64,000 nucleotides of DNA from Octopus sinensis (GCF_006345805.1 NC_043001.1:124558001-124622000); one strand, 5' to 3'; positions 26,873 through 41,276 are shown, numbered from the stretch's first letter. Numbers and translations are program-made. The notes: generated by a model not told the origin, from the sequence alone.

Positions 26873-27639
26873 TTATAATTATATAAATTATCATATATAT
26901 ATATATATATATAATGTGTGTGTGTGTGTGGTGTGCATGTGTGTGTGTGTGGGGGGTACTTTATTAAATACTATATCTCCGGTATTCGAGTGCTATTTTT
27001 TCCACCTTGTTTCACATATATACGCTTACTCTGGTATGTGTGTGTGTGTGTGGTGTATGTGTGTGTGTTTGTGTGATGCGTGCGTGTGTGTATGTACGTG
27101 TGTGTTAGTGTGACCCTCCTTGGGTTTTGCTTCTATAACTGAACGATGCAGTCATTGACAGTTCGTATTTTGTCTAGTTGAATTCCTATGTCAAAAACGT
27201 CCCTCCAGTGATAGACCAGTACACTCTTATATACTGTTTAGTATTCATTGTCAGAATGTTTATACACTGATTCTTGCTACAGATACGAACACAACGCTGA
27301 AATCATTCAACATTTTCCCCTTTTGCACCGCGAAAGTTAGGTTGTAACTCTTCTTGAGATAATCGTAAACGTCAGTTTGAATTTAGCAGAAGCGGAAATG
27401 ATAAAACTATATTTTATGTCCCGGTCGAGAAAGCAAATATTGATGATTACGTCCTTCTGCTTCGAATATATTTTGCAGATGAGGATTAATTTGGCAATCT
27501 GCAGCTGTAACACAAGTCATTTTTATTCATAATAACTGCTTAAAGGCAGATATCAAATTTATTTTACAAACGTCCATTGGGATGTGTATGTGATGTTATA
27601 TGCGTATGCGCGTTTAAGTGTGCATTGTATGTTTGTGCA

Positions 27640-27765
27640 TAATATATATATATATACATATATATATTATATATATATGTATAATATATATATATATGCA
27701 TATATATATACATATACATATATATATATATATACCATATATATATATACATATATATATATACA

Positions 27766-27830
<65 letters not shown>
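27640..27830. repeat. (TA)n microsatellite
   Basis: Directly visible; a similar tract lies at 28165-28345. Confidence 0.95.
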
Positions 27831-27832
<2 letters not shown>

Positions 27833-28220
27833 CCGTTACATAGAATATTAAAGAATTATGTGCGTGTATGTATGTATTGTGTGTATTTGTATGAATGTAT
27901 AAGTAATTGTTCATTGTTCATACTCATAAAAACGAAGGCAGCGCCAATTTGTGAATCAAAAGCGAAGCTTTTTGAATCGAAACTTAGACAATATTATCTA
28001 GATGGTATGTCATGTTTTTCCCCTGTCAGCATATGAGTATACATTTGCAGAATGAATATTTTACTCCTATTTCTAGCAATGTAGGTAGTTCGGCACCCTT
28101 AGTCGCATTTAGTGGTGATTGAATTCTTCTATTACGGTACTATATTGGGCCTAGCTGTTTATAATAATTATAATATATATATATATATATAATATATATA
28201 TAATATATATATATACATAC

Positions 28221-28267
<47 letters not shown>

Positions 28268-28278
28268 ATACATATATA

Positions 28279-28317
<39 letters not shown>

Positions 28318-28879
28318 ACATATATATATACATATATATATATATAAAGACAAAATAGAGTGAAAAACTACAGAATACTTGTGTTTTATGGTTAAAGAGT
28401 ATATTTAAACATCGCTATGTTAGGAAAATGTTATAAAATCTTGTGTAAAGTAACATTGTTTTTGCAGAAATAACCAGTTTCGTATTTTCTTTTCAAATTT
28501 CTCAAATTTATTTACCGTTATTGTGTCATCTCTTTGCTATGAAGTGAAGTATGAGAGTTCCAGACAGGGGGAAGGTAATCAGGGATTTTTTAGTGTAAGG
28601 GAGATAATCAAAAATGTTAGGAACGACTAGGTTTCATTAATTTAAAATGATTTGACTTAGAAAGAACAGAATGCTAGAAGTTGTTAAGTTTTGCTTTATA
28701 TTTTTCCCAGTGAGGTAAGTGTCCTTATTCAAATTTGCTAGAAATGGTTAAGCTTGTGCTTATATTTTTTATGAAGTAAGTTCCCATATTTAATCTAACT
28801 TGTGTTGGCACATTAATAAAATGGAAAGATTACAAATTGTGGTAGTAGTTGCTTTGCGCATTTCTCAATGTGTTCATTA

Positions 28880-29560
28880 AAGGGTATCATTCTGTGTTCT
28901 GGAAATGCAATCTGCTGTCGGTGCACGCGTCTGATCAATAATCCCGTGGACCCTATGTAGTTTCTGTGGCAGTTCGAGCATGTTATAACATAAAACAGGT
29001 TTTCTGAGTCACAAGTAAAATCAGATTTGATTGTGATTTTTTCTCCCTCTTTGAAAAGGAATTGTCATCCGTCTAGAAGATTTGGGCATGCTGCGCAATT
29101 TGGTCGACCACATTTCTTCCCTTTCGCGTCCGTTATTTTAGAAAATAATTTTCCCTTTGTGAGGATAAGATACTCTGCCTTCCATCCAGCATGATCCCGT
29201 ACCCAGCGCGGACGTTTTCTCTTCATAACAGCAATCAATAAAAGTATACGTTCCAGTTTTCTGGCAGGTCTGCCAGGTTCAAGAAGCCTTCGTCGGACAG
29301 TTAAAGATGAAGCATCTACGCCAGCAGAATCCAAGGTCTCTGAAGGTATTTCCTGGTTTTCCTTGGATCCTTCACGCTGTTTCGTAAGGTTTCGTGTTGC
29401 GTCGTCTTCCACATCTTCTTCTTGTACGCCAGTGTCTTCAACTCCCTTCACAATCTCACTAACAGTTGATTTTGCCACATTCATTTCGTTAGCAGTCTGT
29501 CTGATACTAAAACTAACATTTTTTTTCTTAGAGCTACAATACTTGCACGCTTGCTGGGTG
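28880..29560 (-). mobile_element. Tc1-family transposase relic, internally deleted
   Basis: NVAKSTVSEIVK...SSLTVRRRLLEPGRPARK...MKRKRPRWVRDHAGW (Tc1 bipartite HTH); IF*TDDNS resembles the second catalytic D motif. A possible TIR 'acaccgtcgtgtgcaaatcc' (minus) lies at ~30190-30210. Confidence 0.75.
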
Positions 29561-29689
29561 TGATATCAATCATGAATTTAAAGGATAATAATGAACGCAC
29601 GCACGAACAACATAGAACGAGCTCTGGTGTAGCACTAAAGGAAATGCTGGAGCGAAGCCACAACTGATTAGATGCAGGATGTCGCCACT

Positions 29690-30118
29690 TGGTCTCAAGC
29701 ATTTGTCTTACGAAGAAAGGCTGAAGACGCTCGAACTTTATTCTCTAGAAAAACCACGACGCCGTGGTGATCTCATTCTTGCTCACAACATCATAAGCGG
29801 AAAGTGTAACCTCTTAAAAGGGCTGTTCTTCACTCCTGCTCCAGAGCGTCGGCTGCGGGGTCACTCCGAAAAGATCTATCTGCGACGATTTCACCTCAAT
29901 CGAAGGAGAGGGGCTTTCTCCGTCCGGGTTGCGAATCCGTGGAATAAGCTGCCGGACGAGATAGTGAAGATGCCGACGACCGCTCGGTTCAAAGTCTCTC
30001 TTGACCAGAAATGGCCTGAACTCTTTGTATGGACACCCTCCCTGTACATAACTCCATGTCCCCCTACATGGCCTTGCTTTTTGCTTTTTGAGCCAAAAAA
30101 TTAACTTAACTTAACTGA
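29690..30118 (+). mobile_element. CR1-clade LINE 3' end with (TTAAC)n tail
   Basis: LSYEERLKTLELYSLE..RRRGDLI..RGHSEK..AFSVRVANPWNKLP..FKVSLD is the canonical CR1 ORF2 C-terminus; 'ttaacttaacttaac' tail. Confidence 0.9.
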
Positions 30119-30948
30119 ATGAAAAACAGCAAAAACTTCATTAGCTTACTCACAGATTACGACATATGAAAAAGTCACGAAATTTGATCCTCTCCGGATT
30201 TGCACACGACGGTGTCTTACTGTCACATTGAAGCCTTCAGAAAACATAGGCATACATGACCTTCTACTGATAACGCATACAAATTTTTCATTTCATGATC
30301 CGCTGTGATAGTCTTGTTTAGGTGTACATCAGAATAGAACATATCGATAATTCTTTGCATTTTTATTTCCGTTTTCTGGCTCAATGTATCTGTTGGGCAT
30401 TCATATTACGTTCTATAATGATCCCTATAGTTCAATATAAACAACAGAGGCAATTGTTGACCTTGTGTAATAAATAAAATATTAAGTCCAATATGCTCAC
30501 AAATCTTTGCTGATTCTAGGCTTTTCGTTACACCATCAGGAGAATTAGTATCATTATTCCAGAGTCAGAAAGTGTTATCAAAACGAAGCAATGTTTGCCA
30601 TGCACACAAAATGTTTTAATATCACAATCTCATATAGAAAATATAATTCTCATCGCAAACAAATGATTCTGATGTAAACATTTTAGCTATCGAGGGATAA
30701 CGGTCAATGATATCCAAACATTTATATAGATACTTATTAATAAAACAAAGGAACAAATTAATAACCGAAATACTGTTATTATATCATGAGAATTGGATGT
30801 TTGCTTATTTTAAAACTTATAGAATTTAAAATACTTCTACTCATTATATCGAACTTGCTACATTATACAGAGCTGTTTTCTTTTCTTCTCAAGGTTGTTT
30901 ACAATATTCTTTTTCTCTCTCTCCCTCTTCCTCATCCACTCTCTTTCT

Positions 30949-30986
<38 letters not shown>

Positions 30987-31005
30987 TACACACACGCATA
31001 CACGC

Positions 31006-31053
<48 letters not shown>

Positions 31054-31069
31054 GAGAGAGAGAGAGAGG

Positions 31070-31129
<60 letters not shown>

Positions 31130-31296
31130 TATAGATAGACACATACATATAGGTATATATCTACTGATATATCTTTATATACACATAGGTACACACATAT
31201 ACACATACACACACACACATACATACATACATATATATATATATAATATAATATAGTATAATATAATATAATATATAATATATATACATATGAAGA

Positions 31297-31330
<34 letters not shown>

Positions 31331-32099
31331 GCAGAAGAGGAATACAAAGACAGAGTTTTATGCAATTAACAAGACACTAGTAATCGCACGTTCTATATGC
31401 CGAAATCTGTAATAAAAAAATAAATAACAACTAAAAAAATAAATAACACAGACAAAAAAAATTTTGGCACCCGTCACTGAAATGTGTAACTGGATACACG
31501 TGAGAAATGTAAACAAATTTGTTTTCACGTCTCCTAGAAGAGAACAGAAATAGGACACGTGTGATTGGTTTCGATCGACTGTTGTATAATCTATGTTCTT
31601 TCAGTGGTGGAGATTGCAGGGCTGCTTGCTAACTAATGAAGGCTGAATCGAAACTGCTCATACCAATTTCTCTGTTCTGCTCACAGAATGACCAGAACGA
31701 TATCAGTTTACATTGGCCCACGTGTATGTCCATTTAGATCAAAGTGATGTGTAAAATTTGTATTCTTTATCATTAGTTGTATCCTATGTTGCTTATTACA
31801 GAGATGAGGCATACATTTGTGTATCTGCTAACATATATTCATATTTCTATATTCATTATTAATTTCGCTCTCTCTATATACACACACGCTCATACATATA
31901 TATATGCATGTGTACGTATATGTGTACGTATATACATATATATATATATATATAATATATAATATATATATATATATATGTATATACACAAAGAGAAAGG
32001 GTGTGTAATTGTAAGAAACGAAAATAGCTTAATGGGAAGACAGGCAATATAATATTCAAACACCTTTTTATTGATCATTTTTTGTTCGCAGGGTCCCTA

Positions 32100-32520
<421 letters not shown>

Positions 32521-33339
32521 AATAGTAATCGATAAATTGATTGGTTCAAATTACGTACATTAAATATCGAAGCAAACGTTTACAAGCGCAAGACATCATT
32601 ATCCATCAAATGTGTGTAATTTCACAGATACTTTCACACAAACTAGAATATTATTTTATTATTATTGTAGCAATTATTGTTGTTGTTGTTGTTGTTCTTG
32701 TTGTTGCCATTGCTGCCGTTGTTGTTCTTCTGGCTGTTTGTGTTACTGTGCTTATTGTTGGAATTGTTGCCGCAGTTGTTTATCCGTAAGTCAGTTTTTT
32801 TATTGGGCAGATATAATGATCAATCTGGTTTTTTTTCGTTTACTTTCGTTTCGTTTTGTCCTGTGTTACTTTTAAAGGATTGATTTCGGGGATATTTGTT
32901 TATGTGACTCATATCTCTAGCAGCTGGAGCGACAACATAGACGCTCTTCTTTTGATTGGTTGCTTTGTTATTGTTACTGTTTTCATTGAGGAGTTGTTGT
33001 TGTTGTTGTGCCTGCTGCTGCTGCTGTTGCTGTGAATGATATTAGTTTAGTGTATACCGTTTTTGTTAGGACGGTAAGTTGGAAGAAATATCTAGGCCTT
33101 CCATCCTCCAACACCAATCTCATCAATTTTTTCTTCCGCTTATTTTATTTTATTTTATTGTGGTCGTATCCGAGAAGTCCCTATTTTCTTCTGATGTCAT
33201 TTATAATACTGAGATCATCCTGGACCAATCCTTATATTTCTATATACTGACGTCGGATTACTCGCTCAGCTAGTTATTTGACAAGACGGTACTGAAAGAA
33301 ATTTAGTATCTATATCTTCTGATAATGATGCACAACTTA

Positions 33340-33560
33340 TTTTATCGACCCCGCAAGGATGAAAGTCAAAGTCTACCTCGGCAGAATTTGAACACAGAAC
33401 ATAAGGCTAGACGGAATAACGCTAAGCACTTTGGTCAGCATGCTAACGATTCTGCCAGCTCGCCGTCTTAAAGCAAAGCCAACCAAGGCAGAATTTGACG
33501 GAGGAAATGCCGTTGAGCACTTCGCCCGGCGGGTTAACGATTCTGCCTGCTCCCCACCTT
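33340..33560 (-). mobile_element. two stacked SINE 5' halves (Nin/Deu-domain-like family)
   Basis: 'tttatcgaccccgcaaggatgaaagtcaaagtctacctcggcagaatttgaac...ctaacgattctgccagctcgcc', then a second head ending 'ttaacgattctgcctgctcccc'. Confidence 0.7.
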
Positions 33561-33579
33561 GTATATCGCCTGAGTTATC

Positions 33580-33830
33580 TAAACACACCAACACTCGTTG
33601 TCAAAAAGTGGTGGGGGACAATCACAGGAGAAAGGCGCACAACACGCGCATATCTATATTTATACACATGACCGACTTCTTTCAGTTTCCATCGACCAAA
33701 TCCACTCACTAAGCTTTGGTCGGCCCGTGGCATATATTAGAAGACACTTTCCCAAGGTGGCATGCACTGGGACTGAATATGGAAGCGCGTGGCTGAAAAA
33801 CTAAGTTGTTACCACACAGCCACACTCTGA
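33580..33830 (-). mobile_element. OK-like SINE, 5' two-thirds
   Basis: 'cttctttcagtttccatcgaccaaatccactcac...gactgaa...ttaccacacagccac' is the reverse complement of the 5804 head. Confidence 0.75.
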
Positions 33831-35007
33831 GATTAAAAGAAAAAATATAAACCTAATGGTTTAAAAGTTTTCCTGGGTTTTCTGCCTTTGCAACGGACAA
33901 GAATACCAATCAGCCATCCTTATAAGAAGCAGTAGAACTGCCTTTTGTTTTAAAAAAAATGAAAAGAAAAAAACCTGTCTTTAGAAGTGTGCCAAATCAT
34001 GCAGAATTTTAACTTGTTTTGTTCCAATAAGCTGTAGTTCCCCAAAAACCTGCTCTTCGCATAAAATGGGAGCATACTATAAATGTATCCATAAGTAGGA
34101 ATTGGTAAATTCGATTCATATAAATTGAATTCATAGTTGCTTTTGTAGTGCATAGAAATGCAACAGTACATAACAGATTGCCTGAAAGATTAAGATCGCA
34201 AATATCGGAAGACGGATTGTTAAAGACAGGCAATCGCATTTAGGTTAAGCTTTTCAAAATCTACTTTGTAAGGAAGACCAACATTCGTTTCACATAAATC
34301 AAAAGACTGATTTAAAAGTAAAGAAACAACAATTTGTTATATTTTTTTATTATTTATTTTCATCTATGATAATCCTCATAATGTGATGCGTTTTGTTGTT
34401 GTTGTTGTTGTTGTTGTTGTGGCTGCTGTTAAGCAGTTTAAACTGTTGAACATTTATTCGCTTACTTGTTTCGCTCACTGGATTGCGTCCAAGCTGGAGC
34501 AACACGTTGAGGAGTTAATCGATCAAAGGAAACCACAATACTTCTAGGCTTGGTATTTTATAGTGTCTTTAATCCGGACGACTATGTTACGGGAACTTAC
34601 ACAAACCGAGCTGGTTGTCAAAGAGGAAGAAACAAACCAACATACTAAGGTTTACACGCATACACGTATATACTAGCACACACACACACATACACATACA
34701 CACACGCACGCACGCACGCACATTAACGCACAAATAGTTATAGGTATATAGGAGTATAGATTAGTAAAAATTAAGAATTTTACATTTTTATTTAAATTTT
34801 CGAAAATTTTAATGAAAGATATATAATTTTCCATTCTTTAATCTATCTTTCTAATATACGCTGAAATTTTACGAGATCCTTCAAAGGATTAACTAATCGA
34901 AAAGAGTACAACTACAATTCACACGATTCCACATCTTTCTTAATACTTGATATGGCTAGCTACGTCTGGATTTAAAATCCCTACTCCTTTCCATATATAT
35001 ATTATGT

Positions 35008-35328
35008 GAGGGCGCGTGGCTTACTGGTTAGGGCATTCGGCTCACGAGCGTAAGGCCGTGAGTTCAATTCCTGCTGACGCGTTGTGTGCTTGAGTAAGAC
35101 ACTTTATTTCACGTTGCTCCAGTCCACTAGGCTGGTAAAAATGAGTAGTACTTGTATATAAAAGGGCTAGCCTTCTCATACTCTGTGTCACACTGAATAT
35201 CCCTGAGAACTACATTAAGAGTACAAGCGTCTGGGGAGTGCTCAGCCACTTGCACGTTAATTTCTCGAGCAAGCTATTCCGTTGATCGTATCAGCTGGGC
35301 CCCTCGTGATCGTGACCAGTGGGGTGCT
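35008..35328 (+). mobile_element. tRNA-derived SINE sharing its 3' half with the 48621/60472 family
   Basis: A/B-box-like head 'gcgtggcttactggttaggg...gtgagttcaattcc'; 3' part 'ctctgtgtcacactgaatatccctgagaactac...ttaatttctcgagcaag'. Confidence 0.8.
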
Positions 35329-35439
35329 GTCAAGCAAACAAGCTTTGGTCGGCTTGAGGCTATAGCAATGGAAATGAACCCGGACTCAAGCAGTTAAGAA
35401 GCAAACTTCTAACCATATAACCACGTCTGTGCCAATACA

Positions 35440-35770
35440 TTCATACATACGCACACATAATACATACACACATATACACACATACATACATACATGCATG
35501 CATACATACATACATACACACACATAATACATACACACATACATACAAACATACATACATACATACATACATACATACATACATACACATAATACATACA
35601 TACATACATACAAACATACATACATACATACATACATACACATAATACATACACACATACATACATACATACATACATACATACATACATACACACATAC
35701 ATACATACATACATACATACATACACATACATACATACATACATACATACATACATACATACATACATAC
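35440..35770. repeat. (CATA)n array with an interspersed 'cataata' variant
   Basis: Directly visible. Confidence 0.95.
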
Positions 35771-37840
35771 ATGCAAATGGATCATGTGAAGTTAATTACT
35801 GGAATATAAATTGGCTTATATGCAGCCGCTATAACTCTTAAAGAACGCCTAAGAGAAATCTACAGTAAACAAAGTAATGAAATTACTAAACGGAAACAGC
35901 GACTCTATCCCTCATTCATTGCTGTTGAAGTGCCTGCACCTGGCAAAAGTACCCACCACCCTAATTGCTGCTATAAAGAGACTCACAAAGACGTGGACAA
36001 CAGTTCCCACTCTTCCAACTGAGAACAGAATAGTTCAGATAGTGTAAGAGAACAGAATAGTGTCAGATAGTGTAAGCATCTCAAAGGGAATATTCTAGAG
36101 AGATAGCCTTTCTGTACTTCTTTTCATTTTATCACTGAATCTATTATCGTTCCTACAGCAGAAAACAAATGGTTACTTGCTAGGATCTTCAACTGCTAAA
36201 AATATCAATGTATCTCGTCAGTTCTTTGTAGACGACCTGAAGATTTATGCTAAAAGTGTAAACAATGCTGAAAAAACAACTGGAATTCATCATATTTTCA
36301 GCTGATATAGGTATGGAAATTGGCCAAAAGAAATGTTCAAATTTGGTTATAGAACGAAGTAAGTTCGTACCCCAAACTTAAAACCTGTGCATCAACGGTC
36401 TCTTTATCTCCTCCATTCCACACAAAGAATGTTACGAGTATCTAGGCATAGATGAAAATGTAACCATTGATGGAAATGTGAACAAAGATAAAGTGACCCG
36501 AGAATATTACACCAAACTTTGGAAAATATAGCAATCGGAAATCTCCTCTTGCAACAAAATAATATCCCACAATGCATTTGCAGTACCAGTCTGATCCCAA
36601 CATTTGTGATATTTGATTGGTCTGTAGAGGAAACCCTCTCCGTAGATATCAAAACCCGCAAAATCGCGACAACAACTGGGAACAGTCACAGAAATAATGA
36701 AGAAATGAAGAAGGTAGAGTCCTGAGATCAGTGCAAACAGCCTTCGAACGCCGTATGGCATCACTCAAGCAACACTTGCTTAACAACAGCAGCAATAATA
36801 AATATATAAATACAGTGCTGAAAAGTGAAGTGAGCAACATTGTACGAATTAGCAGCGATCTTCTCAAGAAGCACTCACTCCCTGATGAAACAGCTGGGCT
36901 CTCTTACGTCAGAGAAGACCTGGATGGAAAGCACTCAGCATAGAAACAAAAGACTATGCAAGGCTATGTTGCCCGGAAGCTTGAAGAAGCCAGTAGAATT
37001 GATGCGAAACGCAGCCTCTCTTGAATACAACGCCACTACATCACATCACACTTTGAGGGCTATGCGTTTGCAATCCAGGAACAGGAGATTGTCACAAAGT
37101 ACCTGGTGAGCAAGAGAGACAGTGACGCTCTTGTAATCCCAAGGTGCAACCGCATGTGTAGGCTATGTCATGTTTCTGTGGAAGACATCACGCATGTGAT
37201 TAGCAGCTGTCCTAAAATATCGTCACAATACTTCCTCCCTATGCAACTCGATGTCGTCACTAAAACAATTTATAATGCCATCCGCAACAAAGACAGTCCC
37301 GAAATACACCTAGAAAATCCCTCTGTTATAGAATGCATTCATAAACATCAACTCAAGGAATACTGGTGGAATATTCCCATCAAAACGTATGTCGCATGCA
37401 AACATAACAGGCTGGATATTGTCGTTTGGGACAAAGGGGCAAAGGTGTGTACCGTCATAGAGATCAGCTGCCCTGCAGATATATATATATATCTCTTTGA
37501 AAATAAAAGTAAAAGAGGATATCTATGGACAACTGCTTCCAAATCTCCAGCTTCTATATCCAGACTATGAATAATTGGAAAACTAGGTTTTGTTAAAAAT
37601 GCTAAAAGGAGAATCTGCATAAACTGGTATTTGCAGAAAGAGAAATTGATCGGCTGATTCGTACATTAAAGGTGCAATCTGTGAGTGGAAGAGTAAAAAT
37701 ATGCAAGACTTTTCTCAAGTTCCAAATGTGAATTTGTCTATATTAACTACATCCCAACGACGGAGCCTTGCCACTTTCTGGGAAACCGGCTCCCTACTCA
37801 GTGGAAGATTTATAATAATTAAAAATGAGAAGAGACATAC
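35771..37840 (+). mobile_element. R4/Dong-like (RLE-type) non-LTR retrotransposon, 5'-truncated, decayed
   Basis: DSIPHSLLLKCL, GIF*RDSLS, FFVDDLKIY, YLGIDE (RT); CRLCHVSVEDITHVISSC (CCHC); HNRLDIVVWD..VIEISCP (restriction-like endonuclease); 3'UTR ending in CATACATA. Confidence 0.85.
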
Positions 37841-38400
37841 ATATACACAAATATTATATGTATATACATGCGTGTATAAGTGTGTTTGAGTGAGTGTGTA
37901 TGTGCATATCTGTGCGCGTGTGCATTTGAATACAATGTGCGATATGTTATTTTCTTTTGAGAGTATATTATGCAATTTGAATGGGACTTGACTGCAGTTT
38001 TTAGCATGTCAGTGTATAGTATGAAGACTTTCCGATTGATTGACTTATGTGTGTGTATATGCGCATGCGTGTGTATGTGCGTGTGCGTGTGTCTCTGTGT
38101 GCTGTGCGAGTGTGCGTGTGTTGTGTTAATGCGTGCGTGCATGTACGTGTGAATGATTGTATGTGGATGTGTTTTCTGGTTTCGGAGAAGCTAAATGCGA
38201 AACAACAAATATTCTTCCATTGTAATGCTGAAATGTGAGTATAAATGAACATACATGCTTGCGTACATCTTCATACATACATGTACAGTCATGCACATAA
38301 GCACACACACATATGCACACATTATATATATACATACTAGTAACTTCTAAGTTTGGTGTATATTGATGTATACATATATATTTTACTATATTGTACATGC

Positions 38401-38483
<83 letters not shown>

Positions 38484-38496
38484 AAAATAAACACAT

Positions 38497-38662
38497 GTAG
38501 GCGCAGGGGTGGCTGTGCGGTGAGTAGTTTGCTTACCAACCTCATGGTTCCAGGTTCAGTCCCACTGTGTGGCATCTTGGGCAAGTGTCTTCTACTATAG
38601 CTTCGGGCCGACCAAAGCCTTGTGAGTGGATCTGGTAGACGGAAACTGAAAGAAGCCCGTGG

Positions 38663-38715
<53 letters not shown>

Positions 38716-38977
38716 ATACATATACATATACATATACATATATATACATATATATATATGGTGGTGTGTCTGTGTTTGTCCCTACAACATCGCTTGACAA
38801 CCGATGTTGGTGTCTTTATGTCCCCATAACTTAGCGGATCGGAAAAAGAGACCGATAGAATAAGTACTACGCTTACAAAGAATAATTCTTGAGGTCGATT
38901 TTCTCGACTAAAGGTGATGCTCCAGCATGGCCGCAGTGAAATGCCTTAAACAAATAAGAGAATAAAAGAAAAAGAAT
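38497..38977 (+). mobile_element. OK-like SINE, full length
   Basis: Colinear with 5804-6225, with an expanded internal (TA)n. Confidence 0.9.
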
Positions 38978-39045
38978 GTAACTAAACACACACAAATATA
39001 CACACACACGCAGACACACATACACACACACACACGCATGTATGT

Positions 39046-39093
<48 letters not shown>

Positions 39094-39899
39094 TTACATT
39101 GATGTGCGTAATGGATATATCATTTTTGTATGAGGTAGGTATGTAGCTTGTTAGATAGGTATATAGGTATACCTTATTTGAAGTCAATTAGTCCGACCAT
39201 ATTGCTATCTATGAAGCTTAATTGGATATTGAAAAAACGGCCAGCATTTAAGACTTCATGATATAATCATGTCTATTGCCCTTGGTTTCGTTCAGTATTC
39301 ATTTACCTTTCTCACTCTTTTGTTCTTTTCGACACTATTTATAACTTTTCTGTCCAATTTCACTCGAACGGAAGTGAGCAATATTACAAAAACATGGCGC
39401 TGTGCTCCACCGTTCGCCACCACTACCACTATCAGCATCAGCATCATCGTCAGGATAACCGCCGAGTTAAATGAAGGCTTTTGACGTCATTTCCATAGAA
39501 GCAGTCATCTATTATTGATGAAGGAATAAAAGTTCTGCCTAAGGTGACTTAAAGTAAAATGGATAACGTTCTAAAATGGTTCTAATTTTTACTTGAACAT
39601 TCCACACCTGCTGGTATAGAGACTAATATTTCTATCAAACCTGCTTCTGGTCATCATCCTAATTCGGTTATTATTATTGCTGTTGTTGTTGTTGTTGTTG
39701 TTGTTGTTATCCGTGCCGTCGTCGTCTTCGTTAATAATTCTGTTGTTATTGTTGTCGCTTATTGTTATTATTGTTGCTATTGTTTTTTTTTTTTGATTTT
39801 TTCGTGATATATTTAAAATGTCGTGTATGGCAGAACCGGAAGAAGATGGACACAATGTTTTGCTGGGTTTTTTTTTTTGCTTTATTATTTTTTTTTATT

Positions 39900-40200
39900 A
39901 TGATTTGATTTTGATTGATTTTGATTTTTCCAGTTTCAGCTAATGAGCTGTGGCCATGCTGGGGCACCGCCATTTGGTTTGCTACACGGTTTTACCTCAC
40001 GGATGCTTTTTAGCAAACGCCATCTGATGCATGAGAGAGTTCGATGCAGCTGCCCTCATCTGCACCTCCTGCCGTGAAGTTGGTTCATCCGGGACACCTG
40101 ACAGGAAGAGATCCAGTCCTACTTTAAAGACATCCGCATCTACACCATGCAGGTCCCTCAGGTTCTTCGGGAGGATATTATGTTTATATAAATTCATTTT
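39900..40200 (-). mobile_element. CR1/L2-group LINE 3' end with (AAATC)n tail
   Basis: NILPKNLRDLHGVDADVFKVGLDLFLSGVPDEP..RAAASNSL (N.LP...FK..LD pattern), short 3'UTR, pentamer tail. Confidence 0.75.
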
Positions 40201-40344
40201 CGGCAGACATTAACTTTGTCTTTCATTTTTCCGAAGTCAATAATATTATTTGGTATCGAATTTATCAACTGCACCCTTTCCCCGCCCAAAAATAGGGTGT
40301 TATACCATTGTTACGAATTATCATTTTTATGTTGTACATCAAAG

Positions 40345-40480
40345 TGTCAGGCTGACAGAATCATTAGCACATCAGATAAAATGCTTAGCGGCATTTCTTC
40401 CTGCTCTTTAGGAACTGAGCTTAAATCCTGCCGAGGTCAGCTTTGCTTTTCATCTATCCATGGTCAGCAATATAAAGAGC
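40345..40480 (+). mobile_element. Nin/Deu-domain-like SINE 5' half
   Basis: 'ctgacagaatcattagcac...aaatgcttagcggcatttc...gccgaggtcagctttgcttttcatc'. Confidence 0.65.
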
Positions 40481-41111
40481 CCGCCTAGTGCTGTGGTACA
40501 GGTAATCAGCTGACCTCCACAAGCGTTCTATCAAACACTGAAACCATGATGATGCTTCACATTATTACTTGATCGTGAAATATATCAAGAGTTATCTTTC
40601 CTAAATCTTGGGAATGGAGTAGAAATTATTTAAGATTTACAATTGATACCTTTGAATATTCTGATGTGATTTACAGATCCATAATGACTATTCTTTGAAA
40701 TGTAGCTATGTTTAAAATCACGATGCACCAATTAAAATGAAATGGTAGAAATATTTCGGCAGGATTCTGCTTTATGCACCCCCATATAACCCCGCCCCCC
40801 ATAACTTTTTTATTATGGGAAATTTTCAGACAATTTTTGCGAATTTGTAATCTACACATGGGAATTCTTAGGATTATGCAAAAACCAAAATGAAAAATAA
40901 ATTTGCTGTGTGACTTAAGGGTTATTTGACTGTTACTTTTAGCAATTCTCATGACCATCTCATACCTCATCGTTTGTTTGTCAGTCTGGCCTATTGATGT
41001 TTTTCAATATCTTTCTCCCCATAAATACATCTAATGGTCTCTTACTGAGATTTAAGCCCAAAAATTGGGCAGCATCTAGTTTAAATTGTGATTAAAAAAA
41101 AAGAAAAATTC

Positions 41112-41276
41112 GCATGTGTGACTGTGTAGTAAGAAGCTAGCTTCCTAACCATATGGTTTGGGTTTAGTCCCACTGCGTGTAACGTTGGGCAAGTGTCTTC
41201 TACTACGGCGTCGGGCTGACCACAGACTTGTGAGTTGATTACGCTGACGGAAACTGAAAGAATCCCATGATATATA

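Noticed and set aside
31610-31730. Two strong plus-strand acceptors (ttctttcag, ctgctcacag); similar isolated splice-like signals at 17206, 27180 and 42000-42100
   Set aside because: Reading frames are short or closed and donors are weak; cannot be distinguished from chance without RNA data.
34160-34195. LRR-like ICDLNLSGNLL in the minus-strand ORF 34009-34239
   Set aside because: Single isolated match that overlaps a pyrimidine-rich splice-acceptor-like tract; likely coincidental.
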